Source: Euglena gracilis (taxonomy: Eukaryota). Taken from it: DNA of 64,000 nucleotides. The notes beneath the pieces are model-generated. The model was not told the DNA's origin. It worked only from the letters and a program-made list of their open reading frames with translations, and did no database searches. Made by a program: the position numbers and the translations under genes. Each line of letters opens with the position of its first letter. Within the stretch, counting starts at the first letter, position 1. The DNA is taken from positions 16,510,140 to 16,574,139 of the forward strand of contig CP154954.1 of NCBI GenBank assembly GCA_039621445.1. Direction: 5' to 3'. Shown in pieces: positions 1 through 14,967 of this stretch.

Positions 1-3000
1 AAGTGGGTCTGCCAGACCCCCTCCACCGGGGTGGGGTGGGATGGGTGAGGGGAGACCCCCTGCCACCGGTCTTTAAGAAATCCCCGATAGAAAAAAAAAT
101 GAGAGTCCCCTGGAATACACAGAGTCCCCTGGAATACGTGAAGGGAAGCGTTACTATTTCGTGAGGGACGCATTCTGCTGTGCGGTTGTGGGGCAATAAG
201 TTTTGTTTCCGTCTGCCGTTCTGTGGCAAAATTGGTTACCCAAGCCTCCTTGGAGCCTGCGCGGAGCCTGGTAACCTGAGCCTCTGCAGAGGCTCATCAA
301 AAAAAAAATCAACTTCAGAATCCCCAGACAATCTGTTGAAATGCAACAGATTTTTTGTGTAAATACCAGGAGAAAAAAGCTCCGAGGTATATGCAAAGCT
401 CCGAGCAGATACGCAAAATAAGAAAAGTATGGAAAATATGTAACTTTCATTGGCGGAATGGTAAATTATTTAAAAACCTTCCCTTTAATACTTTTTTTGA
501 TTTATGCCAGAATATTGCAAGTTGTGCAACCTCTGTTTGTAATAAAGCTGGTTTGAAAACGTGCCTAAAAGTGCGGGGATTGCAAATTCTTTTAGGACCT
601 GGGGGGTCAGCACTTGGGGCGGGCCACAATTGCAGGGAGGGGAAAACCGCAACATGGACCCTCAAAAAACGCGATGCAAATAAATGAAAAATAAACGTGA
701 AAAATGCAAAAAAAAACGATAATTGTATGTAAAAATTTTTGCAGAGCTCCGGAGCTACGGAGCTCCCCCCGAAATGCAAAACGCCTTCCCCCCCTGCACA
801 TTTGAAAACGAGGATTGGGTGGCCAACGTTGGGGCGCCTAACTTACATTCGCTATTCTCGGCGGGTCATATCCAAAAATAGGGTCAAATTCAAATGGCCC
901 CGAGCAAGATTGCACTTTGAGGTCAGAGACGTATAGGGACGTCAAGTTTGCAAATGCAAATAACCAATTGACAATTCTCCGGACAACCCTGTTTTTTTTT
1001 TGCGACAACCTTAGAAGCAGAAAATGAAGACCTTTTCTGTATTTAAATCCCAGCCCCAAATGCTTTCAACCGAATTCTTATTCACGATTAAAACTTGAAC
1101 GTCTTATAACTGGTTGTGAATGCCAAAATTTGGCAAACTCGACAGAAAAACTTCTGGAAATTTGTGAGATACACCAAAATATTTGCAACGTGAGTACGGG
1201 TGAGGGAGTCAGTACGTTCTTTAAAGACCGGGGAGGGGAGTCCCCTGAAGCATCCACTCTCCCCCCTGGGGTTCAACATTCGAAAATACCTGGATCCCGC
1301 TCAAAAAAAATATAGGGTGGACATTGGGGGGGGGTTAACCCAAACCCGAACCAACACCCAAACATTAATACCTATCTCCAACAACAACCCATAATAAGCA
1401 ATAAATGTGCAAAATTGTGAATGTTTCAATCAGTTTTTTGGGAGGCAATCCGCCTGGAGGTGTACGTGGTCTCACCACATTCTGCACAAAGGGCCACTCA
1501 CTTTGAAGCTCAGTAAGCCTGCCTCACCACACTGTCTGCCCAACGTCGAAGACGCCTGGCCAATGTCACTGTTTTGGTGCTGTCATCGTCGGTCAAACAT
1601 GAAGGCAGCACCTTGCAGGCCACAGGCAGCTGTAGCAAACACCAGGGGGGGGGGGTGGGAGAGGTTTGGTTTTGGGGTGCCGCCGAGGGCGAGGGGAAGA
1701 TAATGTGGGGCCAGCCACGCCAACAAACCGTCGTCCCAGTTGCCCAGGCCAGGTGACTGGCATGGATTAGCCACCTACCCCTTGGGAGGATGGGGTTTGG
1801 ACTGACCCCCTGTAAACTTTCTGGGCCAATCTTTTTTGGCACCTTGGCAGTATCCAAAAAACATTCATGGATCTATTCAATGCGCTTTGGAAAAGTAATT
1901 TGGTGTCAAATGGCTTCTATTTCAGAGGACAACAAAAAATTACAGCATTTCGGGTTATTGGTGTCCATCAGACTTTTTGGAGGAAACATTTTGTCAAAAA
2001 AAAGAAACTGCTGTGAAAAGCCAGTAGGGAGAATCTGTCCTGTTTGGTGGGATCTCTGGGTATCCTGTGGGGTTTGATGCAGGTGATGGTGTCTGAGAAA
2101 GTTTGGGTCACTGGAACCCCCCCCCCCAAGACTGAGGTGCACTCAGGGTCAATACAGTCGGGCCGGAAAGAGATTTTGACAATTCATTTGGGGGGGGGGG
2201 GCGTCAATGTCCCCGAGGAGTTGCGGAGGTCCCCAGAAACAACCTCACATTGATTTTTCCACGGACACTATCAGCATCTGCCTGGTGGCGTGGACGACCG
2301 ATCCACCTTCTCCTTTCCTTCAAAAAAAAACTGACCTGCTGATTTTGCACAATTCTGATGAGAGGCATACCCCCCCTTCAACTTTGCGACGGAAACAAAC
2401 CCAAGGTATCGCAAGGCCCCACTAGTGCCTGATACTAAATGCCTGACCTTGCTGCGGTGTCCTGACTACCGTGTAGACACAGTGGTGCCCTGATTTACAT
2501 TGGTGTGAAATAACAAGTGTGGCCCACACTGTCCATCGGATGGGGAGAGGCCAAAGGCAAATAATCGCAGAAGGGAGCCAACATTGCTGCCCAGAATCCC
2601 GGAAAGGGAAATTTCCCCTGCGGATTCGAGGAGTGGCTGGGGTTCTCAGCAAGACCGGCTGTCCTGGCACGGTGGACAGGCCACGCGTGGCACAGGGCGG
2701 GGCGCTAATGGGTCAAAAAAAAAGCCAATACTGGTGGGGGGGGGGCAAGAGAGACAGAACCACATGGGTTGGCACAGTGGCAGCACAGGGTTGGCTTGTC
2801 TCATATTCATATGCAAAATTTGCAATTTGCCACCCTGGTGCCTGTGCATTGCCTTTCAGGGTTTCTCCTGTTTCCGTGCTGGCCGAGGCCAAAATGTATC
2901 CGTGATTTTCCGTGATTTTCCGTCTATTTCCTTTTTATTTTTTTTTAAAAAGTCAAAAATCATATTCCATATCAAATCATATCCCTCTGCCTCATCCATG

Positions 3001-3788
3001 AATTTCCGTGAATTTTTGCGATTTCTGTAAAAATGGCCTCCCGCCTTTTTCCGTGATCCTCCATGAATTTCAATTAATTTCCTTTTCAGGAAGTGGAAGG
3101 ATCCCTATGCTTTTACGCCGTTGAAAAACGATTCTCTTCGTTTCACATCATCACCAAGAAGGAAAAATTACTTTTCCAATTACAAATAAATCACATCACC
3201 AGAAAACTTAAAACAGAAAACTTAAAAAAGCATGGGGGTAGGTCGGTGCGAAAAAGAATTAGCTCTCTCCAAAAAAAACTACTTAATTCTGAGGACATTC
3301 GGAGGAATCGTTTCTGATTGAAGCGAGCAATTCTTCTGCTTGAGCAGTGTTCAGTGGTGGTCCTGCCCCCCGGCATGCCAACTGTAGGTTGCATGCTGGT
3401 CCGCCTGCATGGAGGCAAAAAAAGAACAGCGCACGAACGTAGAAATTTAACATCACAAGTATTAGCAAAACCTTTTTCAAAATTGCTGAAGGGTTGGGGA
3501 AAGACTTCAGAACGGGTGGCTGATGTTTCTTTGGGTGAACATCTGGAAAAGAATTTTGATTTTCGCCGAAATAATGGTGACACCACTTTTCAGAATACAT
3601 TGTTCAGAGTTTCATCAGAGAATGCATCGTCCATTCATTACAATACATCGTCCAGAATCAAATATTTCATATCTGAAGAATTAAAGCAGACAACAAAACG
3701 TCATTCCTTTCCCCGTCCAGCCTCACCCCTGTGAATGGAACCCGAAAGAGCAAATCCAGGAAAACCAAGCGCTGTCTCCAGTCCAGAC

Positions 3789-4099
3789 CAGGGCGGTCCT
3801 TAAGCAAATAAAAAAAAAAAACTCCGCTGTCCCAGCACACTCAATAAAAATATACAGGAAAATGGGCAAAGAAATTTGGCATTATTCGGTGAAAACAGGT
3901 CGACACCAGGGAAAAAAACTGGTTCTTGGCATCCTTGGACCATCGCCCATCCACCCAAATCATCAAAGAATGTGTTTTTTGGACTTTTTAATTTTGGACC
4001 CCGTTCAAGTCCCAGTCCGGCCCTTGGTCGGCACTTTGGCCGAAAGGGGGGCGGTCCTTAAGGAAAAAAAAAATTTTCTGTCCCTTAAAGACCGCCCTG
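3789..4099. mobile_element. hAT-type MITE
   Basis: TIR CAGGGCGGTC...GACCGCCCTG, flanked by the perfect 8-bp direct repeat GTCCAGAC (3781-3788 and 4100-4107). An 8-bp TSD with CAG ends is typical of hAT. Confidence 0.85.
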
Positions 4100-4349
4100 G
4101 TCCAGACAAGGGGACAGTTGGTGCAGCAAAAGTATTGAAACCACCGCGGGTGCGGTGCCATTCACACAAGGGGGGGGGATTTCGGGCCAGGAAACAGCAT
4201 TTTGCAATCCGGCGAAGCAACCCTGCCGTCTTCTCTCTCTGCTTGTGGTGTGAGTTGACCAATTCAAAATTGGCCAAGGGGCCAAACGGTGCGACTGTGT
4301 GTGTGGTGACTGCAGGCGAGAGGGCTGCGAAGTGCCCGCTAGGCAGGAA

Positions 4350-5718
4350 CAGACATTCATTTAGTGTGGTTCACATAAGTCGTGTGAACCACAAATTTTT
4401 TTTGGTGTCCACAGGTGTACCACAAAAAAAATTTTGGTGTCCACAGGTGAACCACAAAATATTTTTTGGTGTCCACATGTGAACCACAAAAAAAATTTGG
4501 TGTCCACAAAAATTTTTGTTGCGCCAGAACTTGATTGAGGATGGAAAAAAAATTCAATTCTCATGTGTTGTGACAGTGCGAGTCCTGTATTGAATAGTTG
4601 GCATCGCAAGCACATTCCCTTTTTTTCAGCACCTGAAACCTTTGGATGCTGCCAAATTGATGGCAAACCGAACACCACATTCCAATGTTTGGATCATAAT
4701 TCAACCAATCTCAGTTATTTTGACATGCGGGTCGAAACTTATGCCCATATTCTTTTCGATATGGGAAAAGAGGTTTTGTTTTTCTTTGGAGAAGGTCAGC
4801 CTCCAGATCCCTAGCTGAAATTCACCGTTTGAAAATTCACCAGGGCCGGACCCCCTCCACCCCCCCCTCTGCCGAACCCAACGGTGAACTTCACGGCGAA
4901 CCCACCAGTGAAGTTCATCACAAGAATGGTCAAAAACTTAAGAATTCAACTTTCATTGAACTTTTGGGCTATTTTTGCTTTTGGATATCGCTACTGTCTC
5001 GCCGCCCTTCGGGCAGCAAAACATGGGAGGTTAGGCAGTACGGGGGGGGCGGCTGTGGACTTCACCGGTGAATGGAGGTTCGGCACGTCTGACGAGGACC
5101 CTCGGCAACCAGGGGGGGGGTCCCATTTTGCCGTGCCGAGGGGGTCAGTCCCCCAGGGGGGGGGTCCACCGTGGCGGACAGCCGGAATTTCCCAAAGGAT
5201 TCCATACCAAATTCATTGGTATGGTTCGGCATGCCGTGCCGAGGGGCTTGGCTGACCAGGGGGGTCCCCATTTTTCCATGCCGAGGGGGTCCGACCACCA
5301 GGGGGGGGGGGGTGGCTGCCGAACTTCCAATGTTCACCAGGGGGGGGGGGGTACTTTCGGCGGTGTAGTTCACCGGTGAAGTTCACCGATAAACTTCATT
5401 GTTTTTGATGGTGGGGGTGAATTTTTGATGGGTTAATTAATTGCTCCTTTTCCTCTCAAAATGGTGCGAACGCTGTTGGGCAAACATGTTCAAAGAAGAT
5501 TGCTTCACCGCTGTTGAGGAGAAAGGTAACAATACAAATGTCAGCAGGCGGTGGGAAATTTTCTTGGTGTCCACATGTGAACCGCAAAAAATTTTTTGGT
5601 GTCCACAGGTGAACCACAAAAAAATTTTTGGTGTCCATACGTGAACCACAAAAATTTTTGGTGTCCACAGTGAACCACAAAATGGCAACCTTGGTGTACC
5701 ACACTAAATGAATGTCTG
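4350..5718. mobile_element. Non-autonomous hAT element with subterminal ~31-bp tandem repeats
   Basis: TIR CAGACATTCATTTAGTGTGGT / ACCACACTAAATGAATGTCTG; 8-bp TSD GGCAGGAA (4342-4349, 5719-5726). Arrays of TTTTTGGTGTCCACAGGTGAACCACAAAA at ~4385-4510 and ~5560-5680. Confidence 0.85.
4824..5432. mobile_element. Probable MITE nested in the hAT element
   Basis: Imperfect terminal IR CCGTTTGAAAATTCACC / GGTGAATTTTTGATGGG, flanked by TTCA / TTAA. Internal repeats of GGTGAAGTTCACC and GCCGAGGGG. Confidence 0.45.
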
Positions 5719-8700
5719 GGCAGGAACCCCACGCCAGTTAATCCTAACCAGGCCACTGAAGCCTGGGTTTGGCTGCGCAGGGCAGGCTCCAGACCGTAGG
5801 GCAGGGAGATGCTTGACCCGGGTTTGGGGGGGAGGGGGTGGTGTTGGGTGCCGGGCAATCCGGACTGGGCCAATGAACTTGGAGCAGAGGTTTTTTTAAG
5901 ACCGGGGGGAGGGGGGTCCCCCGCGCCCACCCACCCCCTGGCCCCCCCCCGGGGGGGGGGTTCGGAGCCACTCAAAAATTGCGGGAAATTCCAAAAATAG
6001 CACCTTTTCAAAAACTCTCGGCGCCTTCGGCACCGAAAAGTATATCCCACTCCCCCCTAGGGACCCGGGGGGGGGGGGGTGGGGGGGCTCAGCCGGACCC
6101 ACCCACCCTACCCCTCCCGGGGGTCCACGACAAAAAAAACCCCTGACCTGGAGGAAGTTGGAAGTTCAGTGCCAAAATGTGCACATTTTCTGAGTGGTGC
6201 TGTAGCAAACCCGTCAGTGTGCCTAATGTGGTGCCCAGGAGCCTGATTCTCACAAACCAAGGGGTGGGGAGCGGAATTCTGGGTGCTATCCAAGGAGGCA
6301 CCCCCCCCCTCGGTTGCACCTTCTCCCCCTTGAACTTGACACGCCAAAATACGGGTGAAATGCGGCCAATAAGGCGCCAGTGTATGAATGCTTGCGTAAT
6401 AAATTTGGCTGGAGGAACATCTAGTTGTCCAGATTTTCAGCAGTCATTTTTCTGCCTCACGTTAATGTCCTGACATTTTCAGTTCGAACGAAAACAATGG
6501 ATTAAAAAAAATTCGCCAAAACAGAAACCACCACTTCAGCACAGGGGAGAGAACAATGGGATAAAAAAAATAATTCCTGCAGACAGAAGCCACCACTTCA
6601 GCATGAGAGAGGGTGACAAACGAGTCAGTCGCTCAGAGATTTTTAAAAAAAATCATCACATCGGTCAGCCACCTCCCTCACATGAAAATAACCAGTTGGG
6701 AAAATACACTCTGGGGTGGGTCACCTCGCAGACAGCCTGAGGAAGCCTCAGCAAGCTGGAAAGCGTTGGGAGAGGATCTCACGCCATCCTTTCCTGCCCC
6801 TTGGTTCCATCTTTACCCAGCCTCCCCACTCCGGAAAATGTCCCCAGACAAATCAGCAAGCATCGATGTAGGAGGCAGGTCAGCAAATACGGAATGGGGG
6901 GAGGGGTGGGGCTGGGTGACAGGGAAAAAAAGTCAAAAAAAATTCGACCGCCGGCAGACAGAAAATCCGACAACGCAATTTTTCGCAAGTTTGGGATAAG
7001 CTTGAAAGCAATGTTCAGAGTTTTTTTCAACTCAGGAATCTGCTTCTTCAAGAAAAAAGTGAAAATTTTCAAACAATCGTTGGGAGACAAGGTGCGGGGA
7101 GAGAGGAGGACAGGTGCCCCCAATGAAGACAGGTTGGCGAATATGGAGGGAAGAGAACAGGCTCCCTGGGGGGGATTCCAACCTCAGGGTCTTTCAAAGG
7201 AACTTCATTGAATTTTGACCTCGACATGTTGGCCAGTACCTGGGGACCTGGCAGTTTCGCTGGTGGGCTGCTGACAGGTTCTCGGTCATGACAGCTTACT
7301 GAGAGGGGGGTGACGGCCAATTCTTCGACCCATTTCTGGAAACGTCTTTCTGCAACCAAGCTCCAAAACTTTGGAAATTCTGCATCATGCCCTTGCTGCA
7401 ACTTTACACCTTCCAGCCAGAATGGGTTGGAAAAACCTCACGGACATTTTTTTCCAGCCTCTGCAAACCGCCACTAACCAGAGCACCACCACCACCCCCA
7501 TTTCCAAGTCAGGTCTGGTTGCAAGGAAGGAGAGCGCTCAAAAGGCATGTTAGGTTGCCCACCAATCGCACTCTGTTCTCTGGGAGAGAAAACATATAAC
7601 AGGGCCATGACAGGCATCATATGCACGTGAATGAGCCGCGCGTCGGAGAGGGGTTGGACATTGCACAGCAGCTCTCCACTGGACCAGGCGTAAGCTACAT
7701 CCCCACAGGGAAAAATTAGGGGGAAAGATGGGAAATAATTCCAAGCTCCTTTTTACCAAACTCTGGGGGGAGGATGCCTAGCAGGCTTCTGTTTACCAAC
7801 TCTGGTGAAGGGGGGGGGGTTCGTCCTGTAATAAAAAAAAAGCGCTTACCTGTACCGGTGGGGGAGGTCAGGACCACCTAGCCAATTTTATTGCAGAACT
7901 ACTTAACCCAGGCGCTGTCGGAGCAGCAGTATAATGTAGACATATCAAAATACCTGACCTTGCTTGAGCTGGGATGGCGTCAACTTCTGCCTCAACGCTG
8001 GTGTGTCGGCGTCTATTTTCTGTTGCTGTGTTGTGTATTGCCTCTTCACTGACGAATGACCCTTCCAAGATTTTTGAAGGAAGCTTGCACCTTCCCCCAG
8101 GGAGCTGGGAGCCATGGCAGGGGGTGGGCGATTTTGACGGTGTCACGATTTGGACCTTACACTGGCATGGATTCTGTGTCTGTTGCAGGAGGATCAAAAG
8201 AGCTCATGCATAGTGTGTGGATGAAGAGCAAGAAAAAAACAACTTTCTGTTTGATTGGCCTCACAATTACGGGATGTGATCAGAACAGCGACGGGTTTCT
8301 TCTTCCGCTAAAAGTCGGGTTGAACAGACTGACTATTCATTTGCAACTGAACCACTGCGGAAATGCACCATCCTTTGAAACCTAGCACGTGTACTCCACC
8401 ACTGTTCTGTCAACAGAAAATGCCCGAGCTTCTGTTGTTAAAATCATTCTTTGGGTTGTAATGAGCAGATTTTTTCCACGCATCCTGAGTAATTGTCCCG
8501 TTATGCAAATTAAGCTGAGATGGTGCCAAATCGAACGCTCTTATTCTGTTGTGCCGGCAAAAGTTCTCTGATGCGATAAAATCCATGTTCCTTTGCGCAA
8601 TTGCACAAAAGAACATAGCACAAACATTCCAAGAGTTGCTGCTGCGGGATGCCCCTGTACCGTACAGTGCGCCACCGCGACTGCCCTACAGGTTGCCAAC

Positions 8701-8813
8701 ACAAAAAACATACCCCCCCCTGACAGCACAAAAAACATACCCCCCATCTGGTGAGTAAAGCTATCAGCAGCAATGCGGCCAATCAAGCGCTGGATTTGCC
8801 GCGAATGCAACCG

Positions 8814-9824
8814 TCATGCAAAAGGGCGGGGTATGGGAAGGTCAGTAGCGGGTTTGTCCACCGCGAGCCGCAATGACAGCCGGCATGCAGTTAGGCATGC
8901 TGTCATAAAATGCTTTGACCTGTTCGGGGGAGATTTCTGCGAAGGCAGCTTGCAAAGCCAACCACACTGGTCTTTGCCCGCAAACGCATGCCCACGCAAC
9001 TTGTGCAGCACCATGGGCCACAAATGTTCAATGGGGTTAAGGTCTGGCGACTGTGGTGGCCAAACCCCTCCGTTGAAGCGCAGCACTCGCTTACACCTCA
9101 TCCACGCTGTGGTACTCCGCGCACGGTGGGGAGAAGCCCCGTCCTGCTGGAAGCGGTAGCCCGCAGTCCTGCACAATGGATTGTGAATATGTCGAATATT
9201 GGCGTACAAACACCAGGCGTTTCCGCTTGTTCACCGAGGACAGTAATGGCTTCCTTGCTGCGGTTTGGCAGCACAAGCCCGCCTTCCGTAGGATTGTACG
9301 GATGAATTCTGGAGATGGTTTTGGCGGTATCTGAAATTCACACAAAAAAAGCATGTGCATAACGATTGACAAACACGCCTTAACCACTGCCCCTGCTGGG
9401 CGGGCTAACAATGCGGTGCTAACTCGGAGGAAATGCTCGTCGGCGATTTGTTTGCAACTCCAAAAAGGGTTTTTCATTGCCATTTTTAATATACCCCTTC
9501 GAAACCTGTGGGAATTTCGGAAGGGAATATAATTTATAGCAAACGTTGCACACCGTGCTGAATATTTCTTTGCCTTTTGCTGATTGGATCCCGATCCAAC
9601 TTTGCGATCAAGCGTGCAACGTTCTTTGAATCTGGATGCCATACCCGGGATAAGTGGCTGGTGTGAATTGTGTACAAGCTGGGTATATACCTTGCACTGT
9701 AGCTTTGGAGATTTTCTCGTGATTTTGCAATCTTATTGAGCGACCAGGGTGGAACAAAAGAGAGATACGTCTCCACGCGCTTGCGCAAAGCCGCTCTGTC
9801 GGCAGTGCTCAGTTTTGGGGGCAT
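8814..9824 (-). pseudogene. Tc1/mariner transposase, intron-containing, internally deleted
   Basis: Minus-strand FQQDGASPH...WPPQSPDLNPIEHLW (Tc1 DD34E core) and N-terminal HTH-type segments (IRTILRKAGL...RKPLLSSVNKRKRLVF). The segment carrying the first catalytic Asp is missing and the frame shifts near 9190. Two 48-nt introns at 9506-9553 and 9331-9378. Confidence 0.85.
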
Positions 9825-9839
9825 GAGAGCAACTGGGGA

Positions 9840-9852
9840 NNNNNNNNNNNNN
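9840..9852. other. Assembly gap (13 N)
   Basis: Run of n in the sequence. Confidence 0.99.
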
Positions 9853-12800
9853 TTCATGGAGGGGACACCCACACCAACGAAACAACGGTGCGATCATTCG
9901 GACCCGGCGTGCAGCCCTGGTCTGAAACATAAAAAGACATACCTGAATTTCTTTGCAAAAAGCAGTTTCAGGCAAGCACCGAAAGTGTTTTAGAAGAGGG
10001 GGGGGGACGCTTGCTTCTCCGCAGCCCAGGGCAGAACGGGAAGGCCTGGTGGGGGGGGGTCGACCCCCCCACCCACCACAGCATTTTCACCGATTTCAGG
10101 AAAACGGGGATATTAGCCGGAAAAATCTTTGAATTTTTTCTGAAAAATGAACCCAAAACACATGATTTTTTGATGGAAACCCACATTTTTTCACAAAAAA
10201 ATCTCAAAAATTTCAGGGTTAAAAATTGGTAGTTTTTAGGAGGGGGGTGAAAAAAACGAAGGTCAAAAAAAGTGGACAAATTTTGGCACAGTCAAATTTT
10301 ACTGACATTTTTTCTCGTTGAAATTTTTTGGACTTTCGAAGGCATTTTTTGCTTCAAAAACCTCTCAAAATCAACATTTTTGAGAAAATGTTGAATTTTT
10401 GGAAGGTGTGAAAAAATGGGGTTTTGGGGGGTTTTGGGGGGGGGACCCCCTATATGGGTCCCAAAATGGGTCAAAAAAACACCCGGCGCCGGAAAATCTT
10501 TTTCGGGTCCAAAAATTGGTGCTCCCGGAAATACGGGAAGAGGTGGGGGGGAACGACCCCCCCCCCACCCACCACCCTGGCTGTTCGGCCGATTCCCGTT
10601 CTGCCCTGCCGCAGCCCCTCACTTTTGGCTGCAGCAGCTCAGCAGCTAGAAGAACCAACCCATTTGTTGGCTTCAGAATCAGTGGGTCCTGCCAGCCAGC
10701 TGAAGCACCCTCACCTTTTGTCATTTGAAAGTCAGTTGTAATGATGTCTTGAGGGATCCATGACCGGAAGCGTGGACGGCACAAGGACCAGGAACACCCT
10801 GTGATAGGCCAAACTTTTCGCCTATTTTGCATTCAAATTTTGAAGAAGTGCCTTTTTCCCAAAAAGTAAACAAACTTTCAAGCACAAGGTTTGTGGCTGC
10901 CCACGGCTGACTTGGCTTTCTCAGTTTCTTCGGGCACATTGCAACTAAAATCTCAAAAAATAAGACACTCCAAAATTAGCCCCCGAAAAAATCCACCCGT
11001 GGTGCAGCTTTTCAGCAAACAAAAAAAATACCCTGCTCTCGGGATTTTCGGAAGCGCCCTCAAAAACGGTGAGAATTCCCCAAAGTGGACAACCATTTCT
11101 TTGACATATTTTCTTTTCTGCACTTTTTGAATGCATCAAAATTGGCACCTTTTGAGGAAATTTTGGAAAATTTTGGCTCGAGGCCAAAAATTGTCCCTTT
11201 TTAGGCCTGATTTTGGACCTTCCGCAGGATGGTTTTTCAAACAAAAATTACAAAAAGTTGACTCCCAAAAATAAGCCCACCCCCCCAGGGTTTAAAAACA
11301 ACGGACCCAACGTAGACCTTGGTCTTATTTGGGGGAATCGCTTCCAATTTGAATGCACTGGCGCAAGTGATTCAAATGTTTCCACTGACGGTCGCGTGCC
11401 CGCGCTTGCTACTTACGCCAGCAATGCCCCCTCCCACTTGGTGAGTGTGATGAGCCTGCAAGATGGAGAGCGGGGGCAGACCACAGGATTCGAACCTCCA
11501 GAAAGCATCCCAAACAGTGCGTCTCCCACCCCACCAGGGGGGGGGGTCCCGCTCGAGAGCTGGAAAAAGTTCATACAGGCCGCTGGATCAACCCCCGGAA
11601 ATAAGGTCTGCTGGTTGGAACGTGACCCGACTTGGGCTCGAACTGGACACCTCAAAAAAATAAAAGGCCTGAAAATCAGCAAATACACAAAAAATTGATT
11701 TTTGATTCAAATTCTGAAGTAGGAAGTCGATTTTTTACCCGTTTTACCCCTTCTTTCACCCAAGCGCGCACCTTCGAAGGCAAAATACATTGCAGTCCAG
11801 CTGGCGTTCGGAGGGGCTGGACAAGAATTAAAATTCTCTTCATGATGGGGCCAGGGGGGGGTCGCGAGGCTGGAACCCCTTTGGTGCCAAAACCATGCAG
11901 CAGTTGCTCTGCAAACATCATCGCAAAACCAGCAACCCCCCCCCTATGCGCTTGGTCAACATTGTATACAAGACTGGGTGTGGGGGCGAAGTTGGGGGGC
12001 ACCCTCAAATGAAAAACCAAAGGCCAGACGCCAGGAAGGGAGAAAAAAAAGAAGGAAAAGAAAAAACCATTTTCCATTTTTATGTGCCTTCCATCACCAA
12101 CAACTGAGCGCATAATGAGGACCTTCTGGAGAACTCTGAGGCACAACTTATAACCCCCCCTCCCCTGCACAGACGTCCCTCTTTTGGGCCGACAGAAATC
12201 CATACAGGTCCAATAACCAACCAAAGGACGATTCAGGCGGAATTCGGGTGGGGGAGAAAATTCCAGATGTGGGAATCCCAGAAAAATCAAAATGAAACCT
12301 TCCCGATTTTGGTTTTTTGGGATTTTTTTTGCCCTCACGCCCGGAATGCTCAAATACTCCAACAGATACGTAAGGGACAACAATTCGAACAGTTGGATGG
12401 AAGGGACAACGTTGGAACAGGGGATATTTGTTGGGAATTTTGCTCAAAAAGATGGACTTTTTGCACAGAAAACTGGTGGGAGGCGGTTGAGATGAAACGT
12501 CATGGTTTGGGTAGTACCATAATCATGTGGCCTAGGTGCGGTTCGGGCAGCTTCGGAGCCCCGCAGCTGCAGCCACAGGTCGGACTTACCGGGGAGCTGC
12601 TGCATGAGGCTGAACGGCGCGGCCATATGGTTTGGGGGGGGGCCGGTGGCGGAGGCTAGCCGGAGAACCCTGTCAGGGGAAGAGCAGGGGTGGTTAGGCC
12701 TGAGATCTCTGGTCTCCAGGGAAACCAACGGGCTGGCACCCCGTGCCCCCTTTTTGCTAGGGGAAAGAATTGTTACCAAACCCAAACCCAAACCCTCAAC

Positions 12801-14803
12801 AAAAGAAGAGAATTCAAAAAATGCACAAACAAGACAGGGACCGCCGCACCTCCTCAGGTCATACAACCATCAATCAATCCAGAAGCCTTCGCAAAAAGCA
12901 GGCAGCCAGTGTGCAGAAAACCGTTTCTGCAAATGTCCTTCGGACACCTCTTGTAAAATCTGCGCATTGACCCATATCGCACCCAGGGATTCCACCGGCC
13001 CGATAGTTTGGCTTCTCTGTGTACAGTAAGGGAACTAAATTTGCGGTTGGGTAACCAACCGAACCCCCAGTGGAACCCAGCCTCAGCAAGGTGGGGAGGT
13101 GTTGAATGCCACATGCACAGCTAAGCGGGTTGACGAAGTATAAGCTCCCAATAAAATCCTCCCTGGGGGTCTTGAAATCCCGTCCAGGGTTCATGCCCTC
13201 CACTACTCAAGGGGAGCAGGGGGTGGGGAACACCCCCCCGAAATAGTGACCTGGTTAAATTGACACCACATTACTTTTTGTCTTGGGACATGAATTTTTT
13301 TGCTCAAATCGTCCAAAAAAATCTTTGCACTTCCTGACAAAATCTCGTCAATGGGAAAAGCATTTTGAATACAAGCGCTGGAAGAAACAGTTTGACCTTT
13401 TTGGGATGTGGTCCCGGATGTTCCCCATTAGACCCCCCTATATATTTCTTCCTGTTAGAGCACCAACACCTCACAAAACACATGGGGAATCTCGTGCCGA
13501 CACATCACATCGGTGCATGGGTGCAGCACCCCTTGCACCTGTGTTGTCTGTGCGCTGGATGGTATTCAGGTAATGAATTCTTAATATACAAATTAAAAAA
13601 GATACATCAAAGTTAAGAAGCATTTGATGTTTGGAATCTGATTCATCACCAGGGTGGATGAACGCAACATGGCCTTTGGAAACAGCGACCGAAAACATCG
13701 AATAACATACTTGGGAGAAACACCCACCTCAGCTGCCTGGAACCTGGTGCTTCCGGGGTGCCTCTCGGACCTTCTCCTGGAAACTAGAAAAGCAGTATTC
13801 CGTCTTTGTTGTAGAGCAAACCTTGGATCACTCCAAATTCAGAAATGGCGGGGGGGGGGGGGCTCAACACAGACATACCGTCCAAAGGGCACCAGGGAGG
13901 CTAAGCTGACTAATTACCATCAATCAGTGGCATTCCATCGATCGTTCCTTTCGTGGGTAGTTCAATCAACCTTTCCGTCTAAACATCCACAAAAAGGACG
14001 TGAAAAACTATCGAAAAAAACAATGCATTTGGGGGGTTTTTCCTGTCTTGTGCCGCTTGTGCGATGCTTATCGGCATGGGGGTCATACTTGGTCACCAAA
14101 CAAAGCCCCCAGGTGGTTTATATTGGGGGGGTTCATTTGAGGGGAGGGTGACACCAAACCTAAACCCTACCATAAACGTTAGACTAACTGGGTGAACCCA
14201 TTCCACACCACCCTCCTACCCCCCCCCCGTCCTGACACGCCAAAATATGGGGAAAGTGCGGTTGACACGGGGGGGGGGGGTGTCATGGACACGCCATGTC
14301 ATGTGCACTGAACCACAAAGAAAATGGCATTTTGGGAATGGGAAAAGTGCAGTTGATACGGGGTGTGTCAGCTGGCAAGAAACAAATGGCTTTGCGTTTT
14401 GGATTTAAGCCTGGCAACAGTCAGCCCATTTTGCAGCTCATGAATCTGTGAAATGAATGCAAATGCGGAAAAGAAGCTGAAGCCCGCCCTTTCTCTGAGA
14501 ATATAGAAAACCAAATTATTTATTGGTCAATAATTTTAATCTTAACATCTATCCGCATACCTCTGTTTGAATCATCGAACAACACCACTGCCTAGGCACT
14601 GTTGGCTGGTACCACCCCATACGTGTGATGGGCACGGCGCAGCACACAACACAGAACAACAGCAGAGCATAACACAACAATGGAAGCCCGCCATACACCA
14701 CAGCTCCAGGTGTGGCATCGCTGGGGTGCAGTGCAATGGAACACAATGCGCAGCGCAAGATGGGAGCGACTCGGTATGGGCAGGCAGGGGGGGGGGGTAT
14801 TGC

Positions 14804-14967
<164 letters not shown>

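Noticed and set aside
2355-2396. CTGATGA...GAAAC resembling a hammerhead core
   Set aside because: No convincing stem II or stem I/III pairing.
4385-5680. Repeat arrays resembling CRISPR
   Set aside because: No unique spacers. They are subterminal repeats of a hAT element.
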